A model generated the notes under the pieces. It was given only the letters and a program-made list of their open reading frames with translations, was not told where the DNA came from and did no database searches. Both the position numbers and the translations under genes were made by a program. From Euryarchaeota archaeon UBA62 (GTDB lineage Archaea > Thermoplasmatota > Poseidoniia > Poseidoniales > Thalassarchaeaceae), in the NCBI GenBank assembly GCA_002502095.1, contig DAPJ01000012.1:5800-69799 (forward strand): a stretch of DNA of 64,000 nt. The letters run 5' to 3'. Below, piece after piece: positions 37,401-47,409 of this stretch (its first letter is position 1; every line of letters starts with the position of its first letter).

Positions 37401-38418
37401 TTGTAATTTCGTGGATGAGCTTCTGATTAGATTCTATAAAATGGAGCCGTTCTATAATGCGACTAGTGAGAAAGACTTAGTCGGAAGATTAGCCATAGGT
37501 CTCGCACCACATACTTCTGGAGGAGTATTATGTCGCTTGATCGGCTGGACTTCCTCATCTGCTGGATACGCTCATCCACTTTTCCACGCAGCAAAAAGAA
37601 GGAATTGTGATGGAGACGAGGACAGCATAATGATGCTCATGGATGGTTTGCTAAATTTCTCTAAGGAAATTTTACCTGCTGGTAGAGGAGGCAGGATGGA
37701 TGCCCCTCTTGTTCTGACGACTAGGCTGAATCCGATGGAAATAGATAAGGAGGCATTGAATGTGGATTGCTCGTGGAGCTATTCTAGGGACTTCTATGAG
37801 GCTACATTGTCTCAGCCCCACCCCAACGAAGCATCGGACTTAGTGGATCTAGTAAGTGATAGACTGGGTAGTATTGGAGATCTGCGAGGATATGGATGGA
37901 CGCATGACTCCGGTGACTTGGATTCTGGGCCAGTAAATTCTGCATACAAGACGCTCGTTAGTATGACCGACAAGATGGGTGAGCAGCTTGCACTAGGGAG
38001 TAGACTCAGGTCAGTCAGTGTGGATAGAGTGGCATCGCAAGTCATTGAATCTCATTTCCTCCCAGATATGAGAGGTAATATGATGGCATTCACCAGACAG
38101 AAAGTACGATGTGTAAAATGTGGGCACTCCTATCGAAGAATGCCTCTAGCTGGTAAGTGCGTGCAGAGGGCATCAGGAGTCTCGGGAGGTCCGAGATTCT
38201 CGAGTTCAGATGACGGAGTAGCGACTTGCGGAGGAAATGTCGTCCTAACAGTCTCGGAGGGGGCAGTCAGGAAATATATCCAGGTTACGAAGGAAGTAAT
38301 GGAGAGCTACGGAGTTGATGATTATACCAAACAGCGTGTTGGATGGATGTCTGATAGTGTAGACTCATTATTCAATAATGATAGAGTGACAGTGATGACC
38401 CTGGAAGACTTCCTATGA
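34444..38418 (+). CDS. polC: DNA polymerase D large subunit DP2
   Basis: GPIRAAGGTAQAL, GFRLRYGRSR, RMGRPEK, AKRRNCDGDED, MDAPLVL; no intein seen. Confidence 0.97.
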   Translation: MVEQRESVSEYDSDRLSSEVESYQEWLDLRTQEVYDIALQAKAKGLDFSTEIEIPRAADLASRTEKLLEEYLKGLEIEDTLRAILLKTDRESASIQIAVSVAKRMYERDGDLREAIDCGLRVGLAVLTEAVLVAPLDGIGAVRILNNSDGSEFLSIDFCGPIRAAGGTAQALCVLIGDMIRRELGLGRYNPSTREVERVKEEFGLYRVGLQYKPPPEEVEVIVRACPVMVNGEETEKQECAGFKEVKNIQNENGSFRTRVRGGVMLVIGEGLCLKAPKIVKHTERMEIPGWEFISQFASKGKSDEGESDSFKSRQIPEISRYMDDVIAGRPIFGEPGEPGGFRLRYGRSRATGLAAAGLNPVSMEAAGGFLSVGTQMKIERPGKACAVTPCTDIEGPMVVLDDGEFRRVHTLDEWKLIRERVVSVWDNGEILMGFGEFLENNKNLVPSAYNRDWWAADLLDSLDHPQKVSTFAEIMGVGLDALPKGLPFNGAINRGGEDALEREWRKREWYLFLRDVDLTWQQSKRISEAFGTAVPPPWNLWWSDLPISITKPLIQELTGSEIEESGLRISGASRDWSPGSLQVVDSTHEPDFDNWPSWMSVRNHGIVKSCLLTLGLQHYHEAGDIVISSNWEGLLEGLGLMNEEGIVVSSVDAMGHIDDRLFRVSEAKKVVQVEGKRKSELESRRGLARVQATTLAMQQGKGTLETESIGEEAAQGIFDPGPENVASLNRSVSLLDDHIVDGSLWLVRKLSSMRWEDSATCRIGARMGRPEKSGVREMKPLVHSLYPIAESGGPQRLLGEASSKGSIRVQMGPRICSKCGSESPHIRCHVRPDPNVAKECGGRTEVRKSRGGKRRRRGEFTTVPVSSILEVKRRALGLDKLPSKIKAVKGLVSIGQSPEPLEKGILRAKHGVSVFRDGTSRYDMSDVPVTHFKPVEIGTSWEALAELGYTHDIRGRILKSDSQMLELLPQDFIPSIRSKDHLLATCNFVDELLIRFYKMEPFYNATSEKDLVGRLAIGLAPHTSGGVLCRLIGWTSSSAGYAHPLFHAAKRRNCDGDEDSIMMLMDGLLNFSKEILPAGRGGRMDAPLVLTTRLNPMEIDKEALNVDCSWSYSRDFYEATLSQPHPNEASDLVDLVSDRLGSIGDLRGYGWTHDSGDLDSGPVNSAYKTLVSMTDKMGEQLALGSRLRSVSVDRVASQVIESHFLPDMRGNMMAFTRQKVRCVKCGHSYRRMPLAGKCVQRASGVSGGPRFSSSDDGVATCGGNVVLTVSEGAVRKYIQVTKEVMESYGVDDYTKQRVGWMSDSVDSLFNNDRVTVMTLEDFL

Positions 38419-39177
38419 TCAGTAGTGAATCCCCAGAGCCTGTAGAATAGTTGCCATCCACTGTAATTTGACTAGTTTCCTTTCCTTTTCGGTAGTTCCT
38501 GACCACCTACCGACCTCCTTTGTGTTTGTTCCTAGCATGGTTATCCTCTCTACTGGAATTCCCAATGACATAGCTATACATGCAGCCCTATCTCCGTCTG
38601 TGAAACCTCCTGGATTGTACATACCAGCTATCTCCCCAGTTGTCTGATGTGTCAATATCAGAGGAGGTGGGGTGGGTGCATTCTTTGCGATTTCCAATAG
38701 GTCCCTCCAGTCATTCTCATTATCTCCGTGTGCGTGTAAGAAAACTGTTTTCCCCCTGTTCACGGCCTCAATGGTACCCTCTCCTCCGTCTGCATCTGAA
38801 ACTATGAAAGCCAATCTTGACCATGCTCTCTCTGCTGTGGTTTCGGATAACAGAGAGATTACTCCGGCGGCCCCATCAGCGGCAACCAGAAGAGTTGGTG
38901 ACTCTAGAGCACTGGTTAGTTCTTCTATGTCTATTGCAGCGCCTAGGATAGCAACATTTTGCTCTCTGAGAACGAGTCTTCTCTGAATATTTGCTACTGC
39001 TGCAGCCCTATTGGGCCTCCTCCATTGCTCCACTCCTGACTGCTCAACGGTAGAAAGAAGATTTTTCGCACTTGAAATATCGTCAGATTCTTGCCAACCA
39101 AAATGGCTCCTGAATTCATCTTGAATTTTTACAAGAATATCAAGAGAGGGCATCAGATCTGTGGGTGGCCTAGACAT
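38419..39177 (-). CDS. 6-hydroxymethylpterin diphosphokinase MptE-like (DUF115)
   Basis: AADGA, VSDADG, LHAHGDN, GGFTDGDRA, KLVKLQW; start taken at MSRPPT. Confidence 0.8.
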   Translation of the reverse strand: MSRPPTDLMPSLDILVKIQDEFRSHFGWQESDDISSAKNLLSTVEQSGVEQWRRPNRAAAVANIQRRLVLREQNVAILGAAIDIEELTSALESPTLLVAADGAAGVISLLSETTAERAWSRLAFIVSDADGGEGTIEAVNRGKTVFLHAHGDNENDWRDLLEIAKNAPTPPPLILTHQTTGEIAGMYNPGGFTDGDRAACIAMSLGIPVERITMLGTNTKEVGRWSGTTEKERKLVKLQWMATILQALGIHY

Positions 39178-39275
39178 GTTTCTCCAGTGGAAGGGGTCGG
39201 TGATTGTTGAATAACCCTCTTGGTTCTCTAGGTATCGTGCCCATTCCACTCAAGCCACCCATAATCGAAAATCGG

Positions 39276-40364
39276 GTGATATTATCGAGATACCCAATGC
39301 TACCACAAAGCAGGAACCACATACGAGAAGTTCTGAAGGAGAATGGGGTCACAGTAGGAGATTTGGTGGAGGCTCCTTGGCTTGAGGAGGTACGAGCCAG
39401 GGGTAGGTTGCGACTACTGGAGTCTGTAATGCACAAAGACGGGGTAGATGATGCAACAACGGTGGATCTTTCGAGTGAGGCGGGTAAAATGACTGAGACT
39501 CTTTCATTCCTCCATGCCATGCTCGTAGTCTGTGCTTCTTTCGATGAGCGCTTGTTAGCAAGATGGATAGAGGGAGAGGCTAGCAGAGCGGATGGTCTGT
39601 TCGGCAGGGATGTGACTAACTTCTCAACAATTTGCTCTAGTTATCTTTCCGGAATCAAAATAGAAGAGGGGGATGATACGATCTACTGGGTACCTGTTTC
39701 TGACTTCATCGAGCTTTGCCCGAAAATTTCAGGAACATATTGGAGGTTGGCTAACAGGCCAGTCAGAGACGGTTGGGTTCGAATGGATCCAGCCTCTGGA
39801 GAGAATAGCAGGAAGAGGACGTCTAGGTTGCTAAAAGAGAGAGTAAGAGGGTACCTTGACGCGACCTGTAGACAGCGTATGGAGAAAATGAGTGATGAAT
39901 TTGCCGCACAGTTCTCAGATCCAGTGGAGAGGATAATCGGAATGTTGGCCCTACGGGTAAAGGAGGAGATGCCTGTCTCGGCCGCTGTCAGGGAAGATTG
40001 GCCTCCCTGTTTTGAGTCAGCGGTTTCAGAGCTTAATCAAGGAGTCAACGTTAATCATGTGGGGAGGGTTTTTCTGGCTTCTTTCTCTAAGGCTCTTGGT
40101 CATTCCCAAGAGCAAACCTGCGGGTTTTTCTCTGGAGCGCCTGACTACAGCCCAGATACAACTTCATATCAGGTCGCTCACATATACGAAAGAGAGTATA
40201 CCCCTCATGGGTGTGCGGCTTTGAAGACCAATGCTCGCTGTCCGGTTCAAGTAGGAGATGACTCGCTCTGTGATCAAGAGTGGTTGACTCACCCTCTGAA
40301 GTATATCCGAGCCAAGCAACGAAGGAGATACAGTGACTCTGGCGGGTCCGACTCTAGTTCCTAA
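39276..40364 (+). CDS. priL: DNA primase large subunit
   Basis: RYPML, WPPC, NHVGRVFLASF, APDY...YQVAHI, YTPHGC...C...C, HPLKY; start uncertain. Confidence 0.88.
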   Translation: MILSRYPMLPQSRNHIREVLKENGVTVGDLVEAPWLEEVRARGRLRLLESVMHKDGVDDATTVDLSSEAGKMTETLSFLHAMLVVCASFDERLLARWIEGEASRADGLFGRDVTNFSTICSSYLSGIKIEEGDDTIYWVPVSDFIELCPKISGTYWRLANRPVRDGWVRMDPASGENSRKRTSRLLKERVRGYLDATCRQRMEKMSDEFAAQFSDPVERIIGMLALRVKEEMPVSAAVREDWPPCFESAVSELNQGVNVNHVGRVFLASFSKALGHSQEQTCGFFSGAPDYSPDTTSYQVAHIYEREYTPHGCAALKTNARCPVQVGDDSLCDQEWLTHPLKYIRAKQRRRYSDSGGSDSSS

Positions 40365-40435
40365 TGGAGGTAATAGACATCATTGTAGGCAATTCTTCAT
40401 ATCGCCCCGGGTGTATCAGAGGTTGAGGTGGGGAG

Positions 40436-41620
40436 ATGGTACGAACTCTGGTACTGACAGTGGACCGAGATAATGATCTGGGTGTCAAGGCTGGTATTAG
40501 GGGCCCAGTAGTGGGTCGTAAAGCTACTCTTGCCGCGGCTTTGAGGCTTGGAATAGCCGACCCAGAAGAGTCGGATACTAATGCCATATTGGGAGCCTTG
40601 CACCAACATGACCGTTTGGCTGAAGAGGCTATTGGTGATGACGAGGTCCAGATTGCCTTACTGACAGGAGATGTCAGAGTTGGGTCCAGAAGCGATAGGG
40701 AAATTGCCACACAGTTAGACGAGGTAATACAGGAGTTCCAACCCGATAAGGCGATTCTGGTTACTGATGGGGCTGATGATGAGGAAGCGCTTCCAATAAT
40801 CACTTCCAGAGTTAGAGTAGATCATATCGAGAAGATAATTGTCAGACAGTCTAAGGGAATTGAGAGTACCTACTACTACGTGGTAAAGGCAATTGAGGAC
40901 CCTCGTTGGAGAGCAAGGCTACTCGTCCCAATAGCAGCTGTGATGATAATTCTGGGTATCGGCCTTATCCTTCCATCCGACTATGGAAGTGCCCTTATTG
41001 GCACTCTACCTCTCATTATCGGGATTTGGCTTCTTTCCAGAGGACTTGGCTGGGAGCAACAGCTTGACCGTCTTGTAAATGATATGCGGGCTGCCGCCAC
41101 TGGAAGTCTCCTGACCTCTATGCTGTGGGCATTGGCTTTGGTTTCTATGATAATAGCCGTAGTGACAGTCATACAGGTATTGTATGCGTCTAGCTTGGAA
41201 ATTGAAGCATATGCTTCCTCTATTCTGACTTCATCTACTAATTTTGATGTGGACGCTGTTAATAGCAACATTGCTGTATGGGTAATTGCGATTGACAATG
41301 CTCTCTCATGGATTCTTGTGGCGTTCTTCTCTCTATTCCTATCATTGGGGGTGCTAAGGTGGAAGGAAGGATCCTTCACCGGTCAGAGCATTATGCTTCT
41401 GGCTACCGGCTTCGTCGCTTACTTCGTAATCTCTGCAATCAATGAGGTTTCACTCAGTATGTTGGGAGGACAGGATGTTGATTTGCGAGTTGACTCGGTA
41501 GCGGCAACGTGGTCCCTCCCAGTAATGGCTATCCTAGGAAGATACCTGCTGAGTGTTATCGTCGACTCCCTTTCAGAGGAGGAGGAAGGAGGAAGGGGCA
41601 GTGAGTTCTGGGGAGTCTAG
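40436..41620 (+). CDS. DUF373 family membrane protein
   Basis: LVLTVDRDNDLG, DPEESDTNA, TDGADDE, IVRQS. Confidence 0.85.
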   Translation: MVRTLVLTVDRDNDLGVKAGIRGPVVGRKATLAAALRLGIADPEESDTNAILGALHQHDRLAEEAIGDDEVQIALLTGDVRVGSRSDREIATQLDEVIQEFQPDKAILVTDGADDEEALPIITSRVRVDHIEKIIVRQSKGIESTYYYVVKAIEDPRWRARLLVPIAAVMIILGIGLILPSDYGSALIGTLPLIIGIWLLSRGLGWEQQLDRLVNDMRAAATGSLLTSMLWALALVSMIIAVVTVIQVLYASSLEIEAYASSILTSSTNFDVDAVNSNIAVWVIAIDNALSWILVAFFSLFLSLGVLRWKEGSFTGQSIMLLATGFVAYFVISAINEVSLSMLGGQDVDLRVDSVAATWSLPVMAILGRYLLSVIVDSLSEEEEGGRGSEFWGV

Positions 41621-42045
41621 TTCTCGAATGTTGATTCCATCAGACACGCAGGGCACTTTACCGAAATAGGCCTGACGGATGGAATCCCTAGTGCCGCGTT
41701 GCAGTGTGGACAAACTATGGCTTGGTTCACTTCAGACTGCCTCTTCTTTCCCGAGTGACTCGGGTCATATGTGAATCTATACTTGTGAGTATTTTCCAAG
41801 AATCTAGGAGAGCCCTCTTTCTCTGCTTCTTGCTGTGAAAAATTACTTTCCCTTGTCGGTTGAGAGTGAGTGGCGGTTGGAGAATTTGTGGGCTTCATCT
41901 GTCCATTTTGAAATTCATCCAACTGCGAAAGAATCTCACTTTTAGACAGTCCTAGTTCCCTAGAAGCTCTGTCTATTGCTAGTGTTCTCTCATAATCGCT
42001 CATGCCGACGAACTGCTGGAGTAGGACCGCAGGTATTCTTGACAT
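41617..42045 (-). CDS. Hypothetical protein with C-terminal zinc ribbon
   Basis: CPHC...CPAC. Confidence 0.65.
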   Translation of the reverse strand: MSRIPAVLLQQFVGMSDYERTLAIDRASRELGLSKSEILSQLDEFQNGQMKPTNSPTATHSQPTRESNFSQQEAEKEGSPRFLENTHKYRFTYDPSHSGKKRQSEVNQAIVCPHCNAALGIPSVRPISVKCPACLMESTFEN

Positions 42046-42106
42046 GATTGGCGCACAAAGGGTTTGTTTTCAATACCCTGCCAGATATGTTTGACTTTTC
42101 AGTCTC

Positions 42107-43381
42107 TTAGTGACCTCTGAGTGAGTCTAATCTAGACTCATCTAGTCTTTCCCATGGGAATAATCCTTCTTCGGTTGGAGTTCTTCCAAAGTGCCCGCCA
42201 GATGAAGTAGAACTGTAGATTGGCCTCTTCAGATCGAGGTCTCTAATCATAGCAGCAGGCCTCCAATCAAAGTTCTCCAATATCAACCTGGAGATTATGG
42301 AGTCTGGATTTTTACCCAAATCGCCATTAGTTGTTCCATAGGTATTCACCATGAATCCGACAGGGCTAGCTTTACCAATCGCATAGGCTACCTGAATCTC
42401 ACACCTTTCTGCCAGTCCAGCCGCGACCACATGCTTAGCGACCCACCTAGCATAGTATGCGGCTGATCTGTCTACCTTCGATGGATCCTTTCCACTGAAT
42501 GCCCCCCCACCATGTCTTCCTCCTCCATATGTATCCACGATTATCTTCCTGCCTGTCAGGCCGGCATCTGCGTAGGGACCCCCCGGATCAGGGAATGATC
42601 CCGTTCCATTGACTATTACCTCAGGATTGTCCAACAGACTAGGAGGAATGGCATGCTCGACCACGTGCTTCCTAATCTGATGCTCGATATACTGACGTCT
42701 TTCCTCATCTGATAAATCGTCCTCAGCGGGCCAGTTTGGTCCTGCTTTCGGAGAGTGCTGTGATGCGATAACTATCGTAGATACCCTACTGACTGACTGT
42801 TTATCATCAGTTAGTTGTACTGTAACTTGGCTCTTTCCGTCGGGCCTAACCCATGGTAAGATACCCTCGTCATGTACTATCTCTAACCGTCTGGTTAGCC
42901 TCTGCGCAAGAGCTGCTGAGAGTGGGAAGAATCTTCCTCTAAGCTCTGAAGTTCCCTCTGTCTCCGTACATGCGTACCCGAACATTACTCCCTGGTCACC
43001 TGCCCCCTGTGTCTCAAGGTCGCCATCGACCCCTTGACTGATGAATTGGGACTGAGTGGTAATGTGAGTATGTACGTGACAGCTATCTTTTGATGAAGCG
43101 TCCATCCCGATCTTACTGTCAGTATATCCAATCGATGAAGCAGTAAGACGAGCAATTTCCTCATAGTTTGGGGGATGTCCATTGAGACTGACCTCTCCCG
43201 CGAGAACTATTATCGCTTCTCCATCGGTTCCCTTGACCATGGTTTCAACGGCAACTCGAGCATTAGGATCAATCCTTAGACATGCATCTAGAATGGAGTC
43301 CGAGATGGCATCACAAAGCTTGTCAGGATGGCCTGCAGTAACTGATTCGGCCGTATCTGAAGGTGGAATCGAGTCACTCAT
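42107..43381 (-). CDS. metK: S-adenosylmethionine synthetase, bacterial/eukaryotic type
   Basis: ESVTAGHPDK, GAGDQG, DAGLTGRKIIVDTYGG, GGAFSGKDPSKVDRSAAY. Confidence 0.95.
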   Translation of the reverse strand: MSDSIPPSDTAESVTAGHPDKLCDAISDSILDACLRIDPNARVAVETMVKGTDGEAIIVLAGEVSLNGHPPNYEEIARLTASSIGYTDSKIGMDASSKDSCHVHTHITTQSQFISQGVDGDLETQGAGDQGVMFGYACTETEGTSELRGRFFPLSAALAQRLTRRLEIVHDEGILPWVRPDGKSQVTVQLTDDKQSVSRVSTIVIASQHSPKAGPNWPAEDDLSDEERRQYIEHQIRKHVVEHAIPPSLLDNPEVIVNGTGSFPDPGGPYADAGLTGRKIIVDTYGGGRHGGGAFSGKDPSKVDRSAAYYARWVAKHVVAAGLAERCEIQVAYAIGKASPVGFMVNTYGTTNGDLGKNPDSIISRLILENFDWRPAAMIRDLDLKRPIYSSTSSGGHFGRTPTEEGLFPWERLDESRLDSLRGH

Positions 43382-43472
43382 GTTTTATCGGGTGTGCACA
43401 ATGCACATGATTGTTTTTGAATCTGATTAGAAATAGTTGAGCTGAAAAGACGGAGTGCCCTCCGCTATAGAT

Positions 43473-43721
43473 ATGGAAGACGCGGTTGCGCGTGTAGTAT
43501 GGACTGGTTCCAGAGGTGTTGCTGAGAATCTCTTGGAGTCTATCATGCCCGATGACCCTGATTCTTTCGAATCTGAAATAGTTGAGTCTGAAGACGGAGT
43601 GAGCCTGACAATACTAGTCTCATCTTCTGAGCTCAGTGAGCTACGTGCCACAGTTGATGATATCCTAGCCTGTCTATCCGCTGTCGAGGGTAGCTTGGAA
43701 GTACTTGGCGAGGAGCTTTGA
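43473..43721 (+). CDS. pcc1: KEOPS complex subunit Pcc1
   Basis: LESIMPDD, SELSELRATVDDIL; about 80 aa. Confidence 0.65.
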   Translation: MEDAVARVVWTGSRGVAENLLESIMPDDPDSFESEIVESEDGVSLTILVSSSELSELRATVDDILACLSAVEGSLEVLGEEL

Positions 43722-43760
43722 ATTCGGACCCTTCAAGTCTGAAAGCTTTCAGCAAGTGTC

Positions 43761-44693
43761 GTGAGAGCGTTACCCCACGATAGATCTAGTCTCCTGTGCT
43801 GTGATGGGAAACCTAGCATGATGATGCTTGAATCGATAGATAGGTGGATGACTGCGATGGTCTCTGATGAAGGCAGTGGGGGAGAGGGCCCGGATGTGTC
43901 TATGGAGGCTGTTGTCATCTCCAAGGAAAGAGGGGTAATATGCGGAACTTTCGTTGTTGACAGGTTACTTGAGATACACTATCCCTCCTGTTCCGCTGAA
44001 TGGAGAGTGTCAGAGGGATCGATGGTAGAAGTCGGAGGCGAGGTTCTCAGAATATCTGGCAATGGTGCCGAAATGCTACGTTCTGAGAGAGTCTTATTGA
44101 ATATCATCGGAAGACTCTCGGGGATTTCCACTAATTCTTCCAGATGGATCAATGAGGCTGGGAGTATGGGCGTAGCTAGTACTAGGAAGGTTGACTGGGG
44201 GCTTCTGGATAAGTGGGCAGTACATGTTGGAGGGGGACTAACGCACAGACTGAGCAGGGAGGACGCCCTGATGATCAAGGATAGCGAGGTTCTATCATCA
44301 CGAGTTGGCGATGAGACAGAGGATGAAGCCTTAGCCAGATTGGTTCTGGAGATTGATATGGACACTAATTCATTCTTCACCGTGATAGAAGTAAGATCTG
44401 TTGAGCAGGCGCTAACTGTGGCAGATATTTGGAAGAGGATACAGACAGAAAGGGAGAGTAGTGAGAGAGTTGTTATTCTGCTTGATAATCTGGGTCCTGA
44501 ATTATCATCTCTGGTATCGAGAAGATTGGAGGAAGAGGGGCTACGTGAATGGTGCGTTCTCGAGGGCTCAGGAGGGATTTCTCTAGAGGAAGTCAAGGAA
44601 TGGCGTACATGTGGGGTTGATTTGATTTCAACTAGCTCGATTAATAGAGGGGTGTTTCCTCTCGATCTATCAATGAGATTCAGAGGGGAGTAA
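43761..44693 (+). CDS. nadC: Nicotinate-nucleotide pyrophosphorylase (QPRTase)
   Basis: ERVLLN...LSGIST, STRK, GGGLTHRL, LLDN, EGSGGI, GVDLIS; start may be ATG 43818. Confidence 0.88.
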   Translation: MRALPHDRSSLLCCDGKPSMMMLESIDRWMTAMVSDEGSGGEGPDVSMEAVVISKERGVICGTFVVDRLLEIHYPSCSAEWRVSEGSMVEVGGEVLRISGNGAEMLRSERVLLNIIGRLSGISTNSSRWINEAGSMGVASTRKVDWGLLDKWAVHVGGGLTHRLSREDALMIKDSEVLSSRVGDETEDEALARLVLEIDMDTNSFFTVIEVRSVEQALTVADIWKRIQTERESSERVVILLDNLGPELSSLVSRRLEEEGLREWCVLEGSGGISLEEVKEWRTCGVDLISTSSINRGVFPLDLSMRFRGE

Positions 44694-44695
44694 TT

Positions 44696-45466
44696 ATGAC
44701 AGGTATCCCAGATTCACACCCCAGGAAGGCGTCCCTAATGTCTCGACAGAGGATGGTAGAGGCCTCCAAGAGAGGTCTGTTGGCAGAATCGGCTATGATT
44801 GCTCATGGGCGCGGTGAGGCTTTTGACTATCTTCTCGGTGAGAGAACGAGCGATTCGGCGTCATTAGCAATTCGCGAGGCGGCGGCTCGTCTGCTTGTTT
44901 CTGAAAGACCGGTTATCTCGATGAATGGTAACTCTACTGTCCTTGCAGGTAGTGAGGCGATTATGATCGCCTCGATACTGGGCTGTCCTGTTGAGGTGAA
45001 CATTTACTACCGAACCAGTGAACGAATGGAGTCGCTGATAGGTGAGTTAGAGTCCCTGAGGGATCGACTTGGGAGAGAATCTCCAGAAATGGTCAGGGAG
45101 TCCATTATGGGTGTAGAGATCCTAGGGGCGGTGGCAGACGGGAGAATTCTAGGGCTACAAGGACCAAGGGCATTATGTTCTTCTCGGGGAATAGAGCAGG
45201 CTGATGTTGTGCTGGTCCCTCTCGAGGACGGGGATCGTTGCGAAGCCCTGATCTCACTTGGAAAACAGGTAATTGCCATAGATCTTAATCCACTATCTAG
45301 GACATCCAAAACAGCTACTGTTACGATAGTAGATGATGTTGCTAGAGCTATGAGCAGGCTTGCCGATGTCCTATTAGAGAATCCAACTACAACCGATTGG
45401 GATAATGAGGCGGTAATTAGAGACGCCTTAGATATAATGTCTAGCTCCTCGCTGAGGATTGGCTAG
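44696..45466 (+). CDS. Phosphopantothenate synthetase (4-phosphopantoate--beta-alanine ligase)
   Basis: IPDSHPR, IAHGRGEAFDYLLGERT, ISMNGN, VPLEDGDR, IDLNPLSRT. Confidence 0.93.
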   Translation: MTGIPDSHPRKASLMSRQRMVEASKRGLLAESAMIAHGRGEAFDYLLGERTSDSASLAIREAAARLLVSERPVISMNGNSTVLAGSEAIMIASILGCPVEVNIYYRTSERMESLIGELESLRDRLGRESPEMVRESIMGVEILGAVADGRILGLQGPRALCSSRGIEQADVVLVPLEDGDRCEALISLGKQVIAIDLNPLSRTSKTATVTIVDDVARAMSRLADVLLENPTTTDWDNEAVIRDALDIMSSSSLRIG

Positions 45467-46677
45467 GGAAATCTCTCTTTGAGCATCGACTCGCATCTCA
45501 TAGCGATGGCTTGCCCAACTTCCGAGGTACTTGCTGTACCCCCCAAGTCATAGGTCACTATGCCCCCTTCTTCGAAATGCTTCTGAATGGCACTCTGTAG
45601 AATCTCAGCACACGTATCGAGATTCTGATCCTTCTTTCTGAATGCCAGGGCCTCAAACATCATCTGTACAGATTGTATCATGGCTATTGGATTGACAACA
45701 TTCTTTCCAGCATGTTTTGGGGAGGAGCCGTGAACGGGTTCGAAGAGCATGTGCTTCGGTCCCATGTTAGCGCTTGCGGACATTCCCATTCCTCCTTGCA
45801 GGACACTGGCCAAATCTGTGGCGATATCGCCAAACATGTTTGGAAGGACTACCACGTCTAGATCTTCTGGATTCCTGACGAGCCACATAGTGAAGGCATC
45901 GATATACGCCTCCTTTACAGCTATATCCGGATTTCTCTCTGCGAACTCTCTGAATATCTTTCTGAAAAGCTGGCACCCTCTGGTGACATTGGACTTGTCT
46001 ACGCATGTTACGGACTGGGATGCTCCCGTTTTCCTCTGTCTATGCTTAGCATAGTCGAAGGCGAATCTGATTACCCTCTCGCTGCCGTCCCTCGAAATTG
46101 GACGAGGGTCCCAAGCAACCTCTCCATCTAATCCAGGAAACTCTTCAATTACAATCGGTTCATCTTTCTTTCCTAAAGCCCTCTGCTCCATTCTCCTAAG
46201 GAGCGAGTGATAGAGTCCCTCCGTATTCTCACGAATCATGATAATATCTACCAAATCTGGGTTCCAGACTTGTTTGTGAACACCATGCACCTTGTGAGTG
46301 ACACCAGCATAAAGTTTGACTGGCCTGACATTGGCATATAGCTCCAAGCCTGATCTAAGACCGAGAATGGTCTGTCCGCCAGCCATGTCTCCATTCGGAA
46401 GTCTGGCATCGGGCCATCCAATAGCACCCAAGAGAATGGCGTCAGACTCATCTCTACAGTATTCGAAAGACCCTTTTGGCCACTCTTCACCTGTCTCAAG
46501 ATAGTACTGCCCGCCACATGGAATCTCATTTATGTCGAACGATGCGGGACTGTTTTCGTCAAAAACTGAAAGGATTCGTAGTGCCTCTCTCATTACTTCG
46601 CGTCCAGTCCCGTCGCCGGGCAGTACCGCTAGCCGATAGGTAGCCATGGGTCTCGGCAAATGTTCATCATTCATCAA
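45463..46677 (-). CDS. Isocitrate/isopropylmalate/tartrate dehydrogenase family protein
   Basis: LPGDGTG, RENTEGLY, VDKSNV, NMFGDIATD, FEPVHGSSP. Confidence 0.88.
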   Translation of the reverse strand: MMNDEHLPRPMATYRLAVLPGDGTGREVMREALRILSVFDENSPASFDINEIPCGGQYYLETGEEWPKGSFEYCRDESDAILLGAIGWPDARLPNGDMAGGQTILGLRSGLELYANVRPVKLYAGVTHKVHGVHKQVWNPDLVDIIMIRENTEGLYHSLLRRMEQRALGKKDEPIVIEEFPGLDGEVAWDPRPISRDGSERVIRFAFDYAKHRQRKTGASQSVTCVDKSNVTRGCQLFRKIFREFAERNPDIAVKEAYIDAFTMWLVRNPEDLDVVVLPNMFGDIATDLASVLQGGMGMSASANMGPKHMLFEPVHGSSPKHAGKNVVNPIAMIQSVQMMFEALAFRKKDQNLDTCAEILQSAIQKHFEEGGIVTYDLGGTASTSEVGQAIAMRCESMLKERFP

Positions 46678-46745
46678 TTAACCCCCAACTGACGATGGCT
46701 CAGGAAGAGGATAGTTGATAGACGGTCACCGAGAATGACTGGGCA

Positions 46746-47354
46746 ATGGAGCGCGCGCCCGAAGATGGCAGGGAAAGTCCACGGATAGACGTTAGGACAC
46801 TCCCAGAATCAGTAGCTAGGCTCTGGGAGACTATGCTTAGGTTGGATCCTTCTTGGGATTTGTCTTCCTGGCTGGACGAAAGAGCGTTGGAAGAGCTTGA
46901 GTTAGTCGAGAGTCACCTAGGAAGAGAGAGGTTGCGATTAGAGCAACGTCTTCACAGAATTGAGACACTAGTAAAGAGGCTGAAAAGACAGCGTGAAGTG
47001 GTTGGTACAGGGATTGAGGACCCACATCAAAAAAATCTATTTGATATTTACGAAATAAGCAGTAAATCGAAAGAAAAAGATTCTGAAACGAGTCAGGAAG
47101 GGGAGCCTGCGGTACATTTCGGTTCTTTAGATGTTGGAGACGATCCGTTGCTGGCTATTGTTGCAGAGCATGTCCTAGGATTACTTGAGCTCCACTCACT
47201 AGAAGGACCAGCTCCTGTCCATTTCGACTCTTTGATGGGCAACCTTATCCCTCTTGGCATTAGGGTAGATGATCTAGACGAAGCGATAGCTTGGCTCCTT
47301 CAGAGCGAGCTTATTATCGAGATTGAAGAGGACTCTTTTTCTCTCAGTGGATAA
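46746..47354 (+). CDS. Hypothetical protein with coiled coil and C-terminal winged-helix-like domain
   Basis: ERLRLEQRLHRIETLVKRLKRQRE; DDLDEAIAWLLQSELIIEIEEDSF. Confidence 0.6.
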   Translation: MERAPEDGRESPRIDVRTLPESVARLWETMLRLDPSWDLSSWLDERALEELELVESHLGRERLRLEQRLHRIETLVKRLKRQREVVGTGIEDPHQKNLFDIYEISSKSKEKDSETSQEGEPAVHFGSLDVGDDPLLAIVAEHVLGLLELHSLEGPAPVHFDSLMGNLIPLGIRVDDLDEAIAWLLQSELIIEIEEDSFSLSG

Positions 47355-47409
47355 GCAATTTTCTTAACCAATATACAACCTTTCAAAAAAGGTTGATGAT
47401 TTCCGTGAA

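Noticed and set aside
34444-38418. Intein in DP2
   Set aside because: KRRNCDGDED is uninterrupted and no splicing or LAGLIDADG motifs are visible; the extra length looks like ordinary insertions
39178-39275. Head-to-head overlap of the MptE-like gene and priL
   Set aside because: Internal start codons remove the overlap
43979-44596. Long antisense ORFs (e.g. 43979..44596, 15514..16032, 4935..5444)
   Set aside because: Shadows of well-supported genes on the opposite strand
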